Notes: generated from the letters alone by a model not told the origin. A DNA stretch of 64,000 nucleotides from Patescibacteria group bacterium (GCA_041666205.1 JBAYHI010000003.1:13215-77214); one strand, 5' to 3'. Positions 1-10,462 are shown, counted from the first letter of the stretch. Program-made: numbers and translations.

Positions 1-822
1 AAAATTGCGCATGTGCATTTGGTCCATGATTTACAACTCATATTCCCGTCGGGCCTATTACTTGCGGGTCGCGAAAAGGTGTCATTCATTTCTTGGCCAT
101 TCTACACCGTATATGCCATGGTATGTCGATGTCTGTTTGGAAGTCCGGATTTGGTGATTTTCCCTTCACAGTATTTGAAGGGGATGTATGAACACTGGCA
201 TTTTTTCCCGCGTTCAGAAGTGATTGTGCTTCCAAATCCTTCGCCGGATTTTCCCCTCGTGGATCGTCTCCCACCAGAGCGTCAAAAAGTACGCTTGCTC
301 TTTGTGGGGCAACTGGAATCGCATAAAGGTGTTCGATTTTTAGTAGAGTCATTGAAGCGTATGCCTGAAGTAGAACTCACGATTGCCGGGGAGGGCACGC
401 TGACAGACTGGGTGACAAAACACTGCGAAGAAAATAAGCGATTGAATTTTTTGGGATTCATTTGTGCAGATCATTTGCAGGCCTGTTTGGGCACGGTGGA
501 TGCGGTTGTAGTGCCGTCGCTTTGCTATGAGAATTCGCCAACGGTTATTTACGAGAGTCTGTCGGCCGGGGTACCGGTGCTCGCTTCTGACATTGGTGGT
601 GTGGGGGAATTGGTACGCGATGGGATAAATGGATACTTATTCAAAGCCGGGGACGCGCATGCTCTGGCGCATGCGATTTGGCGATTGCGCGAACATCGGG
701 TGGCGTTCATGGCAAATCAGACAGAAATCTCCGCAACGGTTGCGCCGTTTGGACTGAAAAATTATACAGAAGAATTGCTTCGACAACTCGAGCGTGTTAT
801 CGCTCGAAAACGAAAATCGTAA
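1..822 (+). CDS. Glycosyltransferase family 4 (GT-B), 5'-truncated by window edge
   Basis: Frame open from base 1; LFVGQLESHKG, PSLCYENSPTVIYES and VLASDIGGVGELV GT4 motifs. Confidence 0.9.
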   Translation, partial: KIAHVHLVHDLQLIFPSGLLLAGREKVSFISWPFYTVYAMVCRCLFGSPDLVIFPSQYLKGMYEHWHFFPRSEVIVLPNPSPDFPLVDRLPPERQKVRLLFVGQLESHKGVRFLVESLKRMPEVELTIAGEGTLTDWVTKHCEENKRLNFLGFICADHLQACLGTVDAVVVPSLCYENSPTVIYESLSAGVPVLASDIGGVGELVRDGINGYLFKAGDAHALAHAIWRLREHRVAFMANQTEISATVAPFGLKNYTEELLRQLERVIARKRKS

Positions 823-2872
823 CATCGCCATCGCCCACGGCAAACCAATCATTGGCAACCGCTTTTGTTTGTTCAATGATGGCATCCGCATCCCACCAGT
901 ACGCATTCACCACAAAATACGCACGATCCACTCCGGCTAACTCCATTGCAGAAATCATCGTGGCGCGCGAAGGCGTTCCTTCTGCCATGGCGAGATATTT
1001 TTCATAGAGCGGTCCTCCGGTTGGAATCGGGTAGTAAAAGAGGTCGCCGTTGTAATAGGTTTTAAATCCAAATTCGTGGAGCGCTGCGGCGGAAACCGAT
1101 TGATTGGCAAGAACGATATAGTCCGACGATCCAGCATCCTGCGCAATATCTCGCACGGCAATGAAATCCGTTGCGCTCACATTAAATCCGGCTGATCGTG
1201 CATAATTATCGTGGCGTGGATAGGCGCCATACACATTGGCCGTCATCCACAGCGAAAGAAAAACAAGAAATGACATTGCCAAATAGGGCGATGTTTTTTT
1301 GCATGCTTCCAAGACTCCCACAAGCGCAATGCCAAGGTAGGGCAGTAAAAAAAGGCAGGCAAGCACCAAGAGTCGCTCTGCATAATCTTGGCGTTCGTAT
1401 TCAATGAGGAATGAAAAATTGAGTGTGGTTGAGAGAAGCCAAAAGTTCATGAGGCATACGATACTCGATAGCGCGGGAAGATAAACGCTCATGGGTGCGT
1501 GTTCTTTGATTGCAAAATAAATGCCGATGGCACTGAGAATCAAGATTGGTAAAATTCCATTGCCGATAAACAAATAGAAAAGGTCGAAGATCGGTTGACC
1601 TTGGCTTCCAAGAAAATGTGGTAGTGCCAAAAGAGAAAAATCAAATAGATGTGAAAGCGACGGTGCGATGTCGAGTCCGGAAAGACGCGCTTGCAATAAG
1701 AAAACGAGAGGAATCGAGATGCAGGAACCAAGCGCGATGAAAATGGTGAGGAAATTACGAACGGATTTTTTCGTGATCGTCGAATGAAGAAGAAGGAAGA
1801 AGAAATACCAGAGCGCAGGAATGCCAGCGAGTGGGTGTAAACACAAGACAGCGGCAGTGAGGACTCCAAGCACCCAAAGTGGTGGGGTTGTGGTTTTTTC
1901 CAAGATGCGTGGAAGAGAAAAAAGTACGACGCTCGCGATCAATATGTAGGCGATCGTTTGTGGCGTTGTGGAGATAAATGCGCCAAGCGGAAGAAGGAAA
2001 AGCGAGAAAAGCGCAATCGGGCGACGTGATTGGAATGCGGTTTTGAATGCGAAAAATCCGCTTGTTGTGAGGAGCACGGTTGCAAGCACAGGCGCCAAAA
2101 ATCGATTTAAAAGTTCAAGTGGAAGTGCAAAAAGGTGAAGCCCACCGAGTTCGAGCATATACTGCCCGATGTAGTAGAGGGTCTTTGGCGTGAGTGTGCC
2201 GGTCGTCGCAATGTGTGAAATGGAAGCTTCGTGAATGAACGGATCAAATCCATACCCAAGCGGATACAATATAGCTGCAAGGGAGATGCTGGAGAAAAAA
2301 AGGATTGCAAACAGCAGAATGAGAATCGGTTGGGTTTGTTGTTTGTAAAAAAGAAATGAGAGACTGAGGAGTGCTAGGAAGATGGGGAGGAGGGTCAGGG
2401 GAGACAAAACAGCCCAGAGACTTCGCACGGCATCGAGAATTTGAATCGGCGATACAATGGACCAGAACAAAAAGAGAAATACAGCGATGGCTAGCACGGC
2501 AAACCAAAATCCCTTTGGCAGCTGGATTTTTTCATCTGTGTCTGCATTTGGTTTTTGGGCAAGCGCCAAAATCGTGCACGTGGTCGCAACAAGCAGGAAA
2601 GAGAAGACAATCCCAGGAATCGGCATAAGCCAATAGGCCATGGTGCCAAGGATCAGGAAAAAGACGCAGGCAATCACAGCCCCAAGGATTGTTTGCACAT
2701 AGGACGTGGCGTTTGGAAGTACGCGCGGACCTAGCAATCGTCCCGCAGAAAAAAGCCATGCGCATAAACACAGCGCTCCTAAAAGCGCATTCTGTACAAA
2801 GAATTGGAGCGTGATCGTGGTGGCAGTTGTTGCCAATAGAAGCATCACGGATGAAGAAATTCCTTTGCTCAT
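797..2872 (-). CDS. Large polytopic membrane protein, possibly GT-C-like
   Basis: 691-aa ORF with many hydrophobic segments, a GYGFDPFIH loop and a soluble C-terminus; function is inference. Confidence 0.7.
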   Translation of the reverse strand: MSKGISSSVMLLLATTATTITLQFFVQNALLGALCLCAWLFSAGRLLGPRVLPNATSYVQTILGAVIACVFFLILGTMAYWLMPIPGIVFSFLLVATTCTILALAQKPNADTDEKIQLPKGFWFAVLAIAVFLFLFWSIVSPIQILDAVRSLWAVLSPLTLLPIFLALLSLSFLFYKQQTQPILILLFAILFFSSISLAAILYPLGYGFDPFIHEASISHIATTGTLTPKTLYYIGQYMLELGGLHLFALPLELLNRFLAPVLATVLLTTSGFFAFKTAFQSRRPIALFSLFLLPLGAFISTTPQTIAYILIASVVLFSLPRILEKTTTPPLWVLGVLTAAVLCLHPLAGIPALWYFFFLLLHSTITKKSVRNFLTIFIALGSCISIPLVFLLQARLSGLDIAPSLSHLFDFSLLALPHFLGSQGQPIFDLFYLFIGNGILPILILSAIGIYFAIKEHAPMSVYLPALSSIVCLMNFWLLSTTLNFSFLIEYERQDYAERLLVLACLFLLPYLGIALVGVLEACKKTSPYLAMSFLVFLSLWMTANVYGAYPRHDNYARSAGFNVSATDFIAVRDIAQDAGSSDYIVLANQSVSAAALHEFGFKTYYNGDLFYYPIPTGGPLYEKYLAMAEGTPSRATMISAMELAGVDRAYFVVNAYWWDADAIIEQTKAVANDWFAVGDGDVTIFVFER

Positions 2873-2903
2873 ACGAAAATTATGCTATCATAAGAGCAGA
2901 ACT

Positions 2904-3476
2904 ATGGCACGCGACGCGCATAAACCGTTTCCACACGACAAGTATCTATACTGGTTCATCCAATGGATTCCCCGTTGGGTGGAGCCAAATCACATTACGC
3001 TTTTGCGTCTTATTTTGACGCCGTTTGTGATCATCTTTTTGCTGTACGAAAATTATGATGTGGGGGTCCCGCTCTTTATTTTCACTGCGCTTACCGATGC
3101 GGTGGACGGCACCTTGGCACGCATGCGAAAGCAAGTCACGCCGTGGGGAATTTTCTACGATCCGGTGGCGGATAAGATTCTTATTGGCTCCGTGGTATTG
3201 CTCGTGGTGATTCAACACATCAATTTCTATATTGCTATTGGAATGGTTGCCGTGGAACTCATGCTCATTATTGGGGGATGGTATCGTCGACGCAAAACCC
3301 ATATTGAATCCGCTAATATTTGGGGAAAAATAAAGATGATTCTGGAGGTGATTGGCGTCCTATGCCTTCTCATTGCGCTTTGGTCTGGGGTAGATCTTTT
3401 TGTTCAAATTTCTAACGGGACGCTCATCGTGGCACTCCTATTTGCCATTGTATCGCTTTTGACCTACTCTCTTTGA
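2904..3476 (+). CDS. pgsA: CDP-alcohol phosphatidyltransferase (PgsA-like)
   Basis: PNHITLLR and TDAVDGTLAR...WGIFYDPVADK signature; ATG 2904 chosen inside longer ORF. Confidence 0.85.
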   Translation: MARDAHKPFPHDKYLYWFIQWIPRWVEPNHITLLRLILTPFVIIFLLYENYDVGVPLFIFTALTDAVDGTLARMRKQVTPWGIFYDPVADKILIGSVVLLVVIQHINFYIAIGMVAVELMLIIGGWYRRRKTHIESANIWGKIKMILEVIGVLCLLIALWSGVDLFVQISNGTLIVALLFAIVSLLTYSL

Positions 3477-3479
3477 GGT

Positions 3480-5075
3480 ATGGCACTGCGAATTCTCAAA
3501 ATCATTGGGCTTTCTCTTTTTTTCGTTTCGTGTTTTACCACCACATTTTTCGTGGGGCATCTTGCCAATTCGCCCGATGAATCGGCAAATTATTTATTTG
3601 CCTCGCAAATTGCAAACGGAAATGCAATGCGTTTTTCTGAGCCTCTTGAGGCGAGTTTGGGGAATCTAATTCATCCGCGCAGTATGGTTGCAGTCGGGGA
3701 GTTTATCGTGCCTGGGAGTTTTTTGGGATTGCCGGTACTTGCAGGAATCATGGGAATAGGTTGGAAGGATGGTGTTTATTTGCTTACCCCGCTTCTTGCC
3801 GTGCTTGCGATTCTTGCGTGGCGAAGTTTTGTGAAAAACCTATTCGCAAATGAACTCCTCGCTGATCTTTCTGCATTTTTTCTGGCCATCCACCCGGCAT
3901 TTTGGTATTACGCTGGTAGGCCCATGATGCACAATGTGGGATTCCTAGCATTTTTGATTTTTGCCGTGTGGGCAATTGGCGTGCGACCCATTAAGGAAAA
4001 GTGGACGATCCTTAATTTTGTGCTCGGAGGCGTATGTTTGGCTTGGGCCTTGGCATTTCGAACTGCGGAAGCGGTTTGGGTTTTGCCAATTGCGCTTGCG
4101 ATCCTTGCCGTGATTTGGAAAAAGCATGTTATTTCGTGGAAGCAACTCCTTGGTGTTGTGGTTGGATTTGTGATTGTGATCCCGCCATTTTTGTGGCTCA
4201 ACAATTCGCTCTACGGAAGCCCATGGCTCACAGGCTATACCATGCCGAGCACAAGTGTGGTCACGTCAGACGCTCCTGCGGTTGCGGTTTCTGTTATTAC
4301 AAAGATCGCGAGTCTCGTTTTCCCATTTGGGATTCACGAGATGAATATTTTGCAAAATGGATGGTCGTATGGATTTTTGCTGTACCCGATTCTCACCCTG
4401 TTGGCACTCCTTGGGATTGGACTCGTTTTTGCGCGTTGGAAGCAGGAAACTGCCACATGGCGGTTCCTCCTTATTATAGGGGGTCTTATTTTGGCTTGGT
4501 TACTGGTCGTTTACGGCAGTTGGAAATTTAATGATAACCCTGATCCGCTGGTGCTTACGATTGGAAATTCGTATGTACGATATTGGCTTCCGATTTTTGC
4601 GATCGCTTCTGTTTTTGTTGCAAAAGCTGTGCAGTGGATTTCTGATGTTCCATTCCCGCGTGTGAAAATTGGAATCAGTGTGGCGATCATGGGAGTTTGC
4701 ATTGGTGCATCAGCGTTCACGGTGTTTGGTGGCACGGATGGGTTCTTGGCGATTCGTACGCATCTTGCGGAAAGCGCACAGAAAAAAGAAGCAGTCCTCA
4801 AGGCAACGCCAAGCGATGCAATGATCATTACAGATTACGGCGATAAATATTTATTCCCAGATCGTCGGGTGGTGGTTCCGCTTCGAAGTGATGCAACATA
4901 TGCGATGCTCCGAAACCTCGTTGACGCCGCGCCGGTTTATTATTTCGGGCTCACGCTTCCCGATGGTGATGTGGATTATTTAAATACCACGATTTTGGGT
5001 CCGCAGGGGATTATCTTGGATCGTTCGATTACAATTCTTGACGAAACGCTCTATAAATTGCGCGACATGCGCTAA
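3480..5075 (+). CDS. Polytopic membrane protein, GT-C (ArnT/PMT-like) glycosyltransferase candidate
   Basis: N-terminal TM followed by SPDE acidic motif, many TMs, late YVRYWLP motif. Confidence 0.65.
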   Translation: MALRILKIIGLSLFFVSCFTTTFFVGHLANSPDESANYLFASQIANGNAMRFSEPLEASLGNLIHPRSMVAVGEFIVPGSFLGLPVLAGIMGIGWKDGVYLLTPLLAVLAILAWRSFVKNLFANELLADLSAFFLAIHPAFWYYAGRPMMHNVGFLAFLIFAVWAIGVRPIKEKWTILNFVLGGVCLAWALAFRTAEAVWVLPIALAILAVIWKKHVISWKQLLGVVVGFVIVIPPFLWLNNSLYGSPWLTGYTMPSTSVVTSDAPAVAVSVITKIASLVFPFGIHEMNILQNGWSYGFLLYPILTLLALLGIGLVFARWKQETATWRFLLIIGGLILAWLLVVYGSWKFNDNPDPLVLTIGNSYVRYWLPIFAIASVFVAKAVQWISDVPFPRVKIGISVAIMGVCIGASAFTVFGGTDGFLAIRTHLAESAQKKEAVLKATPSDAMIITDYGDKYLFPDRRVVVPLRSDATYAMLRNLVDAAPVYYFGLTLPDGDVDYLNTTILGPQGIILDRSITILDETLYKLRDMR

Positions 5076-5076
5076 T

Positions 5077-6540
5077 ATGGGAACGCGCATTTTTCAACTC
5101 GTCCTCATTTGCATTCCGGTCGGGTTATTTTGCTATTTGCTTGGCGTGGACATTGCGCCAGGTGGCATGCGCGAAGCATCGCTCGTCGCCGGGGGATATA
5201 GCGCGTTCATCGATCGCTTGCTTCCAGATGAACGCGTGTCGAGCGTTGAGATAACAGAAGCCGGTGGCGCGTACGCTTCTCTTCTTGACGACCCGACGTA
5301 TTTCTCGGTTCACAAACCGCAAACGGATTTTTCGGAAATTGAGGTGGAGATTTTGTATCAAAGCGAGGGTCAGCCCCTCATTCAAACAGGGCCACGCCTC
5401 GATGTGGTTTCGGATAGTTATGCCCTGCAACCACTCGTGAGCGAGACTATTGAATCGCTTGGGTGGAGCGAGATCGAAGAAGACGGAGTTCGTCTTCTTG
5501 CGCGAAACGGAGATGTGTCGAGCGTGTCGGAATTTTTGTTCGATCTGCCAAGTCGATCACGCATTGGCGTGCTTGGGTATGAGCTCACAGCGCTATATCT
5601 CCTGCCAAATTATGCTTCGCTCGGGTACAGTCAAACGTTTGATGTGAGCTTGCGCGGATATCACAAATATGTGACGTACGTAAAAAATGAATCGTTTGAT
5701 TTGGATGCAACATATTGGGACATGAATCGTACGATTGGAAAAGACGATGCCATGGTGCGTGTGCGCAATTCCGCTGGTGAGGTTTGGTTTGAAGCGCCCA
5801 TCGAAGACGACGGAAATACCACGGAAAATCAAACACCGAGTTCAGAGACGATTTCCATTCATGAATCCGGTTGGCCAGAAGGCGTTTACTCCGTTGAATT
5901 AGTCGGTACCTCGGATATTTTTTGGCGCAAATTTGTGACGTCGGAGCGCTATATGACGTTTGTCTCCAAGATTTATATCGGCGATGATGTGGGATATTTG
6001 GGTGCTACAAAGGCAACGCGATTCTATACCAGCGCAAAGCACCTCGATTTGGAAACGTATCATGCGGACGCGACCCAAGAAGTCCAGCTTGGATCGTCAC
6101 GTGTCGCAATTGTCACGAGTCATGAGCCGGTGCACGCCGTCATTGCGGACGCTGGCGTCGTAGCCGGGTACACGGCGCAAGGCGACGTAAAAATTGTGGG
6201 CGACGGGAAATTCTCTTTCTCACGCGATTCATTTTTCGATCCAGACCCGGTGCAAATCGGCGCCGAAACCGATGTGGATGCACTAAACGTTGATTATATT
6301 CTCACGACGGTTGAGGATCCAACCATTGAAGGAGAATGGAGCGTTGCCTTAACGACGTTTTCAACCGAGGGGATTTGGGACGAAAACGGCGATGCTAAAT
6401 TTGTGCTTTCAATGCCGGCGATTCAAGAAAATGGTGGCACCGTAAAGATTCACGAGATTCGAATTCGTTTTCTCAAAGACCCTTTGAATTTTTGGGGAGT
6501 GATTCGAGCACTTCGTGATTTATTGCCGTTTGGAATCTAA
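5077..6540 (+). CDS. Hypothetical membrane-anchored extracytoplasmic protein
   Basis: Long ORF with one N-terminal TM and acidic beta-rich body; starts 1 nt after upstream stop. Confidence 0.75.
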   Translation: MGTRIFQLVLICIPVGLFCYLLGVDIAPGGMREASLVAGGYSAFIDRLLPDERVSSVEITEAGGAYASLLDDPTYFSVHKPQTDFSEIEVEILYQSEGQPLIQTGPRLDVVSDSYALQPLVSETIESLGWSEIEEDGVRLLARNGDVSSVSEFLFDLPSRSRIGVLGYELTALYLLPNYASLGYSQTFDVSLRGYHKYVTYVKNESFDLDATYWDMNRTIGKDDAMVRVRNSAGEVWFEAPIEDDGNTTENQTPSSETISIHESGWPEGVYSVELVGTSDIFWRKFVTSERYMTFVSKIYIGDDVGYLGATKATRFYTSAKHLDLETYHADATQEVQLGSSRVAIVTSHEPVHAVIADAGVVAGYTAQGDVKIVGDGKFSFSRDSFFDPDPVQIGAETDVDALNVDYILTTVEDPTIEGEWSVALTTFSTEGIWDENGDAKFVLSMPAIQENGGTVKIHEIRIRFLKDPLNFWGVIRALRDLLPFGI

Positions 6541-6541
6541 T

Positions 6542-6895
6542 ATGGATTATTCACGCATTGGAAAAACCGGATTTCTTGTGAGTATCATTTCATACGTTGT
6601 GTTTTGGCTTGCGGATTTTTGGCGCACGGGATTTGTGAGTACGGTTTTTTCTGTGCATTGGTTTTTATTGTTTGCGTGGATGTTTGGTGCGCTTTGGATG
6701 CTTACGACGACGACGCGTGAAACGCGATTATCAAAATTACTCATTGCAACCCTTTGCCTCATCTTTTTTATCGTACTGTGGAAATTGGGCGATGTATTTG
6801 GAGATTTGCAAATCCTCTTGGCGTTTTTTGGCGCCCTCGTGCCGGTGATTGGATTTGTCCTCTTGTCACACAAAAATGAACAAGGTACAACATAG
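6542..6895 (+). CDS. Small 4-TM hypothetical membrane protein
   Basis: Operonic spacing, four hydrophobic segments. Confidence 0.7.
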   Translation: MDYSRIGKTGFLVSIISYVVFWLADFWRTGFVSTVFSVHWFLLFAWMFGALWMLTTTTRETRLSKLLIATLCLIFFIVLWKLGDVFGDLQILLAFFGALVPVIGFVLLSHKNEQGTT

Positions 6896-6901
6896 GTATC
6901 T

Positions 6902-7321
6902 ATGAAAGATCCAAATTGCATTTTTTGTAAAATTGCTGCGCACGAAGTTCCGAGTCACATTGTCTACGAAGATGAACTCACGATTGCGTTCCTCGATATT
7001 GCTGCGGTGAGCAAAGGTCATACATTGGTTGTGCCAAAAATCCACGCGGAAAATCTTTCCGGAAATACAAAAGAAGAAGCCGAAGCACTTATGGACGTGG
7101 TTTGGAAAATCGCGCCAGCAATTATGAAGGCACTTGGTGCCAGTGGATACAATCTTGGCATGAACCACGGCAAAGACGCGGGGCAGGAAGTTGCGCATAC
7201 GCATTTTCATATCATGCCTCGTTATGCGGGGGTGGAGCGATCGTTCCGACGCTTGTCACCAGCAGATTTTGAGCTCGACGAAGTAGCTACACAAATCAAA
7301 GCCGCAATTGAGATTGTATGA
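6902..7321 (+). CDS. HIT family protein
   Basis: CIFCKI N-terminus, GHTLVVPK, histidine triad HTHFH. Confidence 0.95.
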   Translation: MKDPNCIFCKIAAHEVPSHIVYEDELTIAFLDIAAVSKGHTLVVPKIHAENLSGNTKEEAEALMDVVWKIAPAIMKALGASGYNLGMNHGKDAGQEVAHTHFHIMPRYAGVERSFRRLSPADFELDEVATQIKAAIEIV

Positions 7322-7887
7322 GCTTATTTCACTGGAAAAAATTATCCTCTGAAATTAAAGCGGAAAATCCGTGGTGGAGCTATCGGGTTGACCGCTTTTT
7401 AGGTCCAAAAAGCAAAGAAGTGTCCTATCACAGCATGGAACATCCTGGTACGGTTGTGATTATTGGGCTGAATGCTGAGGGAAAGATTCCGCTCGTGCGT
7501 CAGTTTCGTCCTTTATTTGATGCGGAGTGTACCGAATTGCCCGCAGGTCGGATTGACGAAGGGCAAGCATTGCTCCAGGCTGCACGGATTGAGTTTGCGC
7601 AAGAGGCAAATTTTGCCGCAACGAAACTCTCGCAGATTGGGAAATTTATGGTTGCTCCTGGGTGTAGCAATGCGTGGGCGTTTGTGTTTTTGGCAACCGA
7701 TTTGGTGCCAGCAAACGATACCCCAGCCGATGAGATGGAAGAATTTGAACACATGCTCGCAACACCCGCGGAACTCGACACCCTGATTGCCAATGGTACC
7801 ATTCAAGATGGCGTTTCTATCACCGCGTGGGCTCTCGCAAAACCTCACATTTTAGCTCTACTTGACCAAGAAAACGCCACGCGCTAA
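7318..7887 (+). CDS. NUDIX hydrolase (ADP-ribose pyrophosphatase-like)
   Basis: LVRQFR...ELPAGRID, degenerate Nudix box, IQDG C-terminal motif. Confidence 0.85.
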   Translation: MSLFHWKKLSSEIKAENPWWSYRVDRFLGPKSKEVSYHSMEHPGTVVIIGLNAEGKIPLVRQFRPLFDAECTELPAGRIDEGQALLQAARIEFAQEANFAATKLSQIGKFMVAPGCSNAWAFVFLATDLVPANDTPADEMEEFEHMLATPAELDTLIANGTIQDGVSITAWALAKPHILALLDQENATR

Positions 7888-7900
7888 GGTACTTGGTACT

Positions 7901-8911
7901 ATGAAAGTACTGGTAACCGGAGGCTGTGGGTTTATTGGTTCTCATTTCATCCGCACGGTTTTTGACCATCGCCCAGATTGGCAGGTCATTAATTTGGATG
8001 CGCTCACCTACGCTGGAAATTTGGCCAATACCTTGGATATTCAAACCCATCCACGGTATCGTTTTGTGTATGGATCCATTACGAATCGCGAACTTGTAGA
8101 AGCGCTCGTGCAGGAAGCGGATGCGGTTGTGAACTTTGCGGCAGAAACGCATGTGGATCGTTCCATTGTTGATAATGAGCCGTTCATCATGACCAATATT
8201 TTGGGCGTTCAGCGACTCATTGATGCATGCGTCAAATATGGAAAACGGTTTCATCATGTGAGCACCGATGAGGTGTTTGGACACCTGGGGCCAACCGACC
8301 CCAAATTCAATGAATCCACGCCCTACGCTCCACGCAATCCATATAGCGCTACAAAAGCTGCGTCTGATCATTTGGTACGCGCGGCCGTGGCAACGCATGG
8401 ACTTCGTGGAACGATTTCGAATTGCACAAATAATTACGGGCCTTATTTGTACCCGGAAAAATTCTTTGCGATTTCAATTACAAACTTGCTTCAAGGCAAG
8501 CCCATTATGATTTGCGGGAGTGGCTCGCAAGTTCGCGATTGGATTCAAGTAAAAGATCATGCGCTCGGCGTCTTGGCCATTTTGGAACGCGGTCGGATAG
8601 GGGAAACGTATATGATGGGCGGAAATTCAGAATTGAGTGTGGTGGAAGCGGGAAAAAAGATTTTGAATGTGATGGGATACGGAGAGGAGCATTTGCTATT
8701 GGTTGCGGATCGTCCGGGGCAAGATAAACGCTATGCAATCGACTATAGCAAAATCAAATCCGAACTTGGCTGGGAACCAACATATACGTTTGAAGAGGGA
8801 ATCCGCCACATGGTGCAGTGGTACAAACAAAACGAAGATTGGTGGAAACCTGTACGCGAAAGTTCTGGCTACCGTCGGTGGTATCGGATGCAATTTGGCA
8901 TTGATCCTTAG
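7901..8911 (+). CDS. rmlB: dTDP-glucose 4,6-dehydratase
   Basis: VTGGCGFIGS, DALTYAGN, AAETHVDRSI, STDEV, YSATK. Confidence 0.95.
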   Translation: MKVLVTGGCGFIGSHFIRTVFDHRPDWQVINLDALTYAGNLANTLDIQTHPRYRFVYGSITNRELVEALVQEADAVVNFAAETHVDRSIVDNEPFIMTNILGVQRLIDACVKYGKRFHHVSTDEVFGHLGPTDPKFNESTPYAPRNPYSATKAASDHLVRAAVATHGLRGTISNCTNNYGPYLYPEKFFAISITNLLQGKPIMICGSGSQVRDWIQVKDHALGVLAILERGRIGETYMMGGNSELSVVEAGKKILNVMGYGEEHLLLVADRPGQDKRYAIDYSKIKSELGWEPTYTFEEGIRHMVQWYKQNEDWWKPVRESSGYRRWYRMQFGIDP

Positions 8912-8916
8912 CTCGT

Positions 8917-9025
8917 TATAAATTTCGACTGCTGCTTTGTCGCCTTCAGTCCGTTCTCCTCACCGTACACATGGGTACGGCTCGTCGGTACTCCTTCGGC
9001 TCCTCGCATCAGTCTGAAATTTATA
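8917..9025. repeat. 109-bp MITE-like element with TATAAATTT terminal inverted repeats, copy 1
   Basis: Reverse complement aligns without gaps to 34972-35080; internal CCGTAC-N6-GTACGG hairpin. Confidence 0.8.
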
Positions 9026-9044
9026 CACTCGCTGAATAAATGAT

Positions 9045-9587
9045 ATGAACATAATCCCCACAAAAATTCCGGATGTAAAAATCATTGAGCTTGATGTTTT
9101 TGGCGACGAGCGAGGATTTTTTTGCGAAACATTCAATGAAGAAAAATTTGCATCCGCCGGACTTCCAACGGATTGGAAACAGGATAATCATTCTGCATCG
9201 GTAAAAGGTGTTTTGCGCGGATTGCATTTTCAATTGCTTCCAAAGCCGATGGCAAAGCTCGTGCGTTGCACAAAAGGAAAAGTATTCGATGTCGCGGTGG
9301 ATTTGCGAAAGAGTTCGCCCACCTATTTGCAATGGGTCGGGGTAGAACTCTCAGCGGAAAATAAAAAAATGCTTCTTATCCCAGAAGGATTTGCGCATGG
9401 ATTCTATACGCTTGAGGATTGTGACTTCCTGTACAAGTGCTCCAACGTTTACGTGAAAGAACTCGATGCAAATGTTCGTTTTGATGATCCAGCGTTTGGC
9501 GTCGCGTGGCCACTCCAGGGCGCACCTGTGCTTTCAAATCGCGATGCCGCGGCGCCGGCGTTTTCAGAACTTGATTTACCATTCTAG
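9045..9587 (+). CDS. rmlC: dTDP-4-dehydrorhamnose 3,5-epimerase
   Basis: DERGFF, QDNHS, VLRGLHFQ, DVAVDLR, PEGFAHGF. Confidence 0.95.
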   Translation: MNIIPTKIPDVKIIELDVFGDERGFFCETFNEEKFASAGLPTDWKQDNHSASVKGVLRGLHFQLLPKPMAKLVRCTKGKVFDVAVDLRKSSPTYLQWVGVELSAENKKMLLIPEGFAHGFYTLEDCDFLYKCSNVYVKELDANVRFDDPAFGVAWPLQGAPVLSNRDAAAPAFSELDLPF

Positions 9588-9589
9588 AT

Positions 9590-10462
9590 ATGAAATTTCT
9601 TATTACCGGCGCACAAGGAATGCTTGGCAATGATTTGGTGCGCTTGATTCAACAGACTGGCTACACCGTGATTGCAACCGATCGCGCCACACTCGATATC
9701 ACTAACCGTGATCAAGTCCTCGCAAAAGTCCGCGAAATCAAACCCGACGTTGTCATAAACGCTGCGGCGTACAATTTAGTCGATAAGATTGAAGAAGAAG
9801 CGGTGTATCCAATTGCGCGCGCCATCAATGCAGAAGGGCCACGCAATCTCGCGGAAGCCGCAAAAGAAATCGGTGCGCGATTTGTGCACTACAGCACGGA
9901 TTATGTATTTCCCGGGGAAAAGCCAGAAGGCTACCTTGAAACCGACGAGGTGCGCCCTATTTCGAAATATGGTGAGACCAAGGCTGAAGGCGAGCGGCTC
10001 ATTCAAGAGGTTGGTGGGGATTATTTAATTTTTCGCTTATCAAAAATTTTTGGCGATCCGGGTACGGGCACAGATTGCAAGGAAAGTTTTGTGGCGCTCA
10101 TGCTTCGCTTAGCAAAAGAAAAACCAGAACTGAAAATCGTAAACGAAGAAGTTGGATCGCCAAGTTATACCAAAGATGTGGCGCGTGGCACGCTCAATGC
10201 ACTTTTGGAGCGCCGGCCACCAGGGATTTACCATTTAGTAAACGAGGGCCCTGGTGTGACGTGGTATGAATTTGCGGAAGAAATTTTTGGAGCTGCGCAT
10301 GTAACAACGCCGCGCTACCCGTGTCTTTCTTCGGAATTTCCAAAACCCGCCAAGCGTCCAAAGTTTGCTGCACTCAAAAATACAAAACTTCCCGTTCTGC
10401 GTGACAGACGGGAAGCATTACGTGAATTTCTTCTTGCTTTGTTGCGCCGTCCTTCAGCGTAA
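9590..10462 (+). CDS. rmlD: dTDP-4-dehydrorhamnose reductase
   Basis: ITGAQGMLG, STDYVF, YGETK, GIYHL. Confidence 0.93.
   Translation: MKFLITGAQGMLGNDLVRLIQQTGYTVIATDRATLDITNRDQVLAKVREIKPDVVINAAAYNLVDKIEEEAVYPIARAINAEGPRNLAEAAKEIGARFVHYSTDYVFPGEKPEGYLETDEVRPISKYGETKAEGERLIQEVGGDYLIFRLSKIFGDPGTGTDCKESFVALMLRLAKEKPELKIVNEEVGSPSYTKDVARGTLNALLERRPPGIYHLVNEGPGVTWYEFAEEIFGAAHVTTPRYPCLSSEFPKPAKRPKFAALKNTKLPVLRDRREALREFLLALLRRPSA

Noticed and set aside
8955-8990. GAGCCGTAC...GTACGGT resembling group II intron domain V
   Set aside because: Lacks the 34-nt D5 geometry, bulge, domain VI and any RT; it is the internal hairpin of the 109-bp repeat
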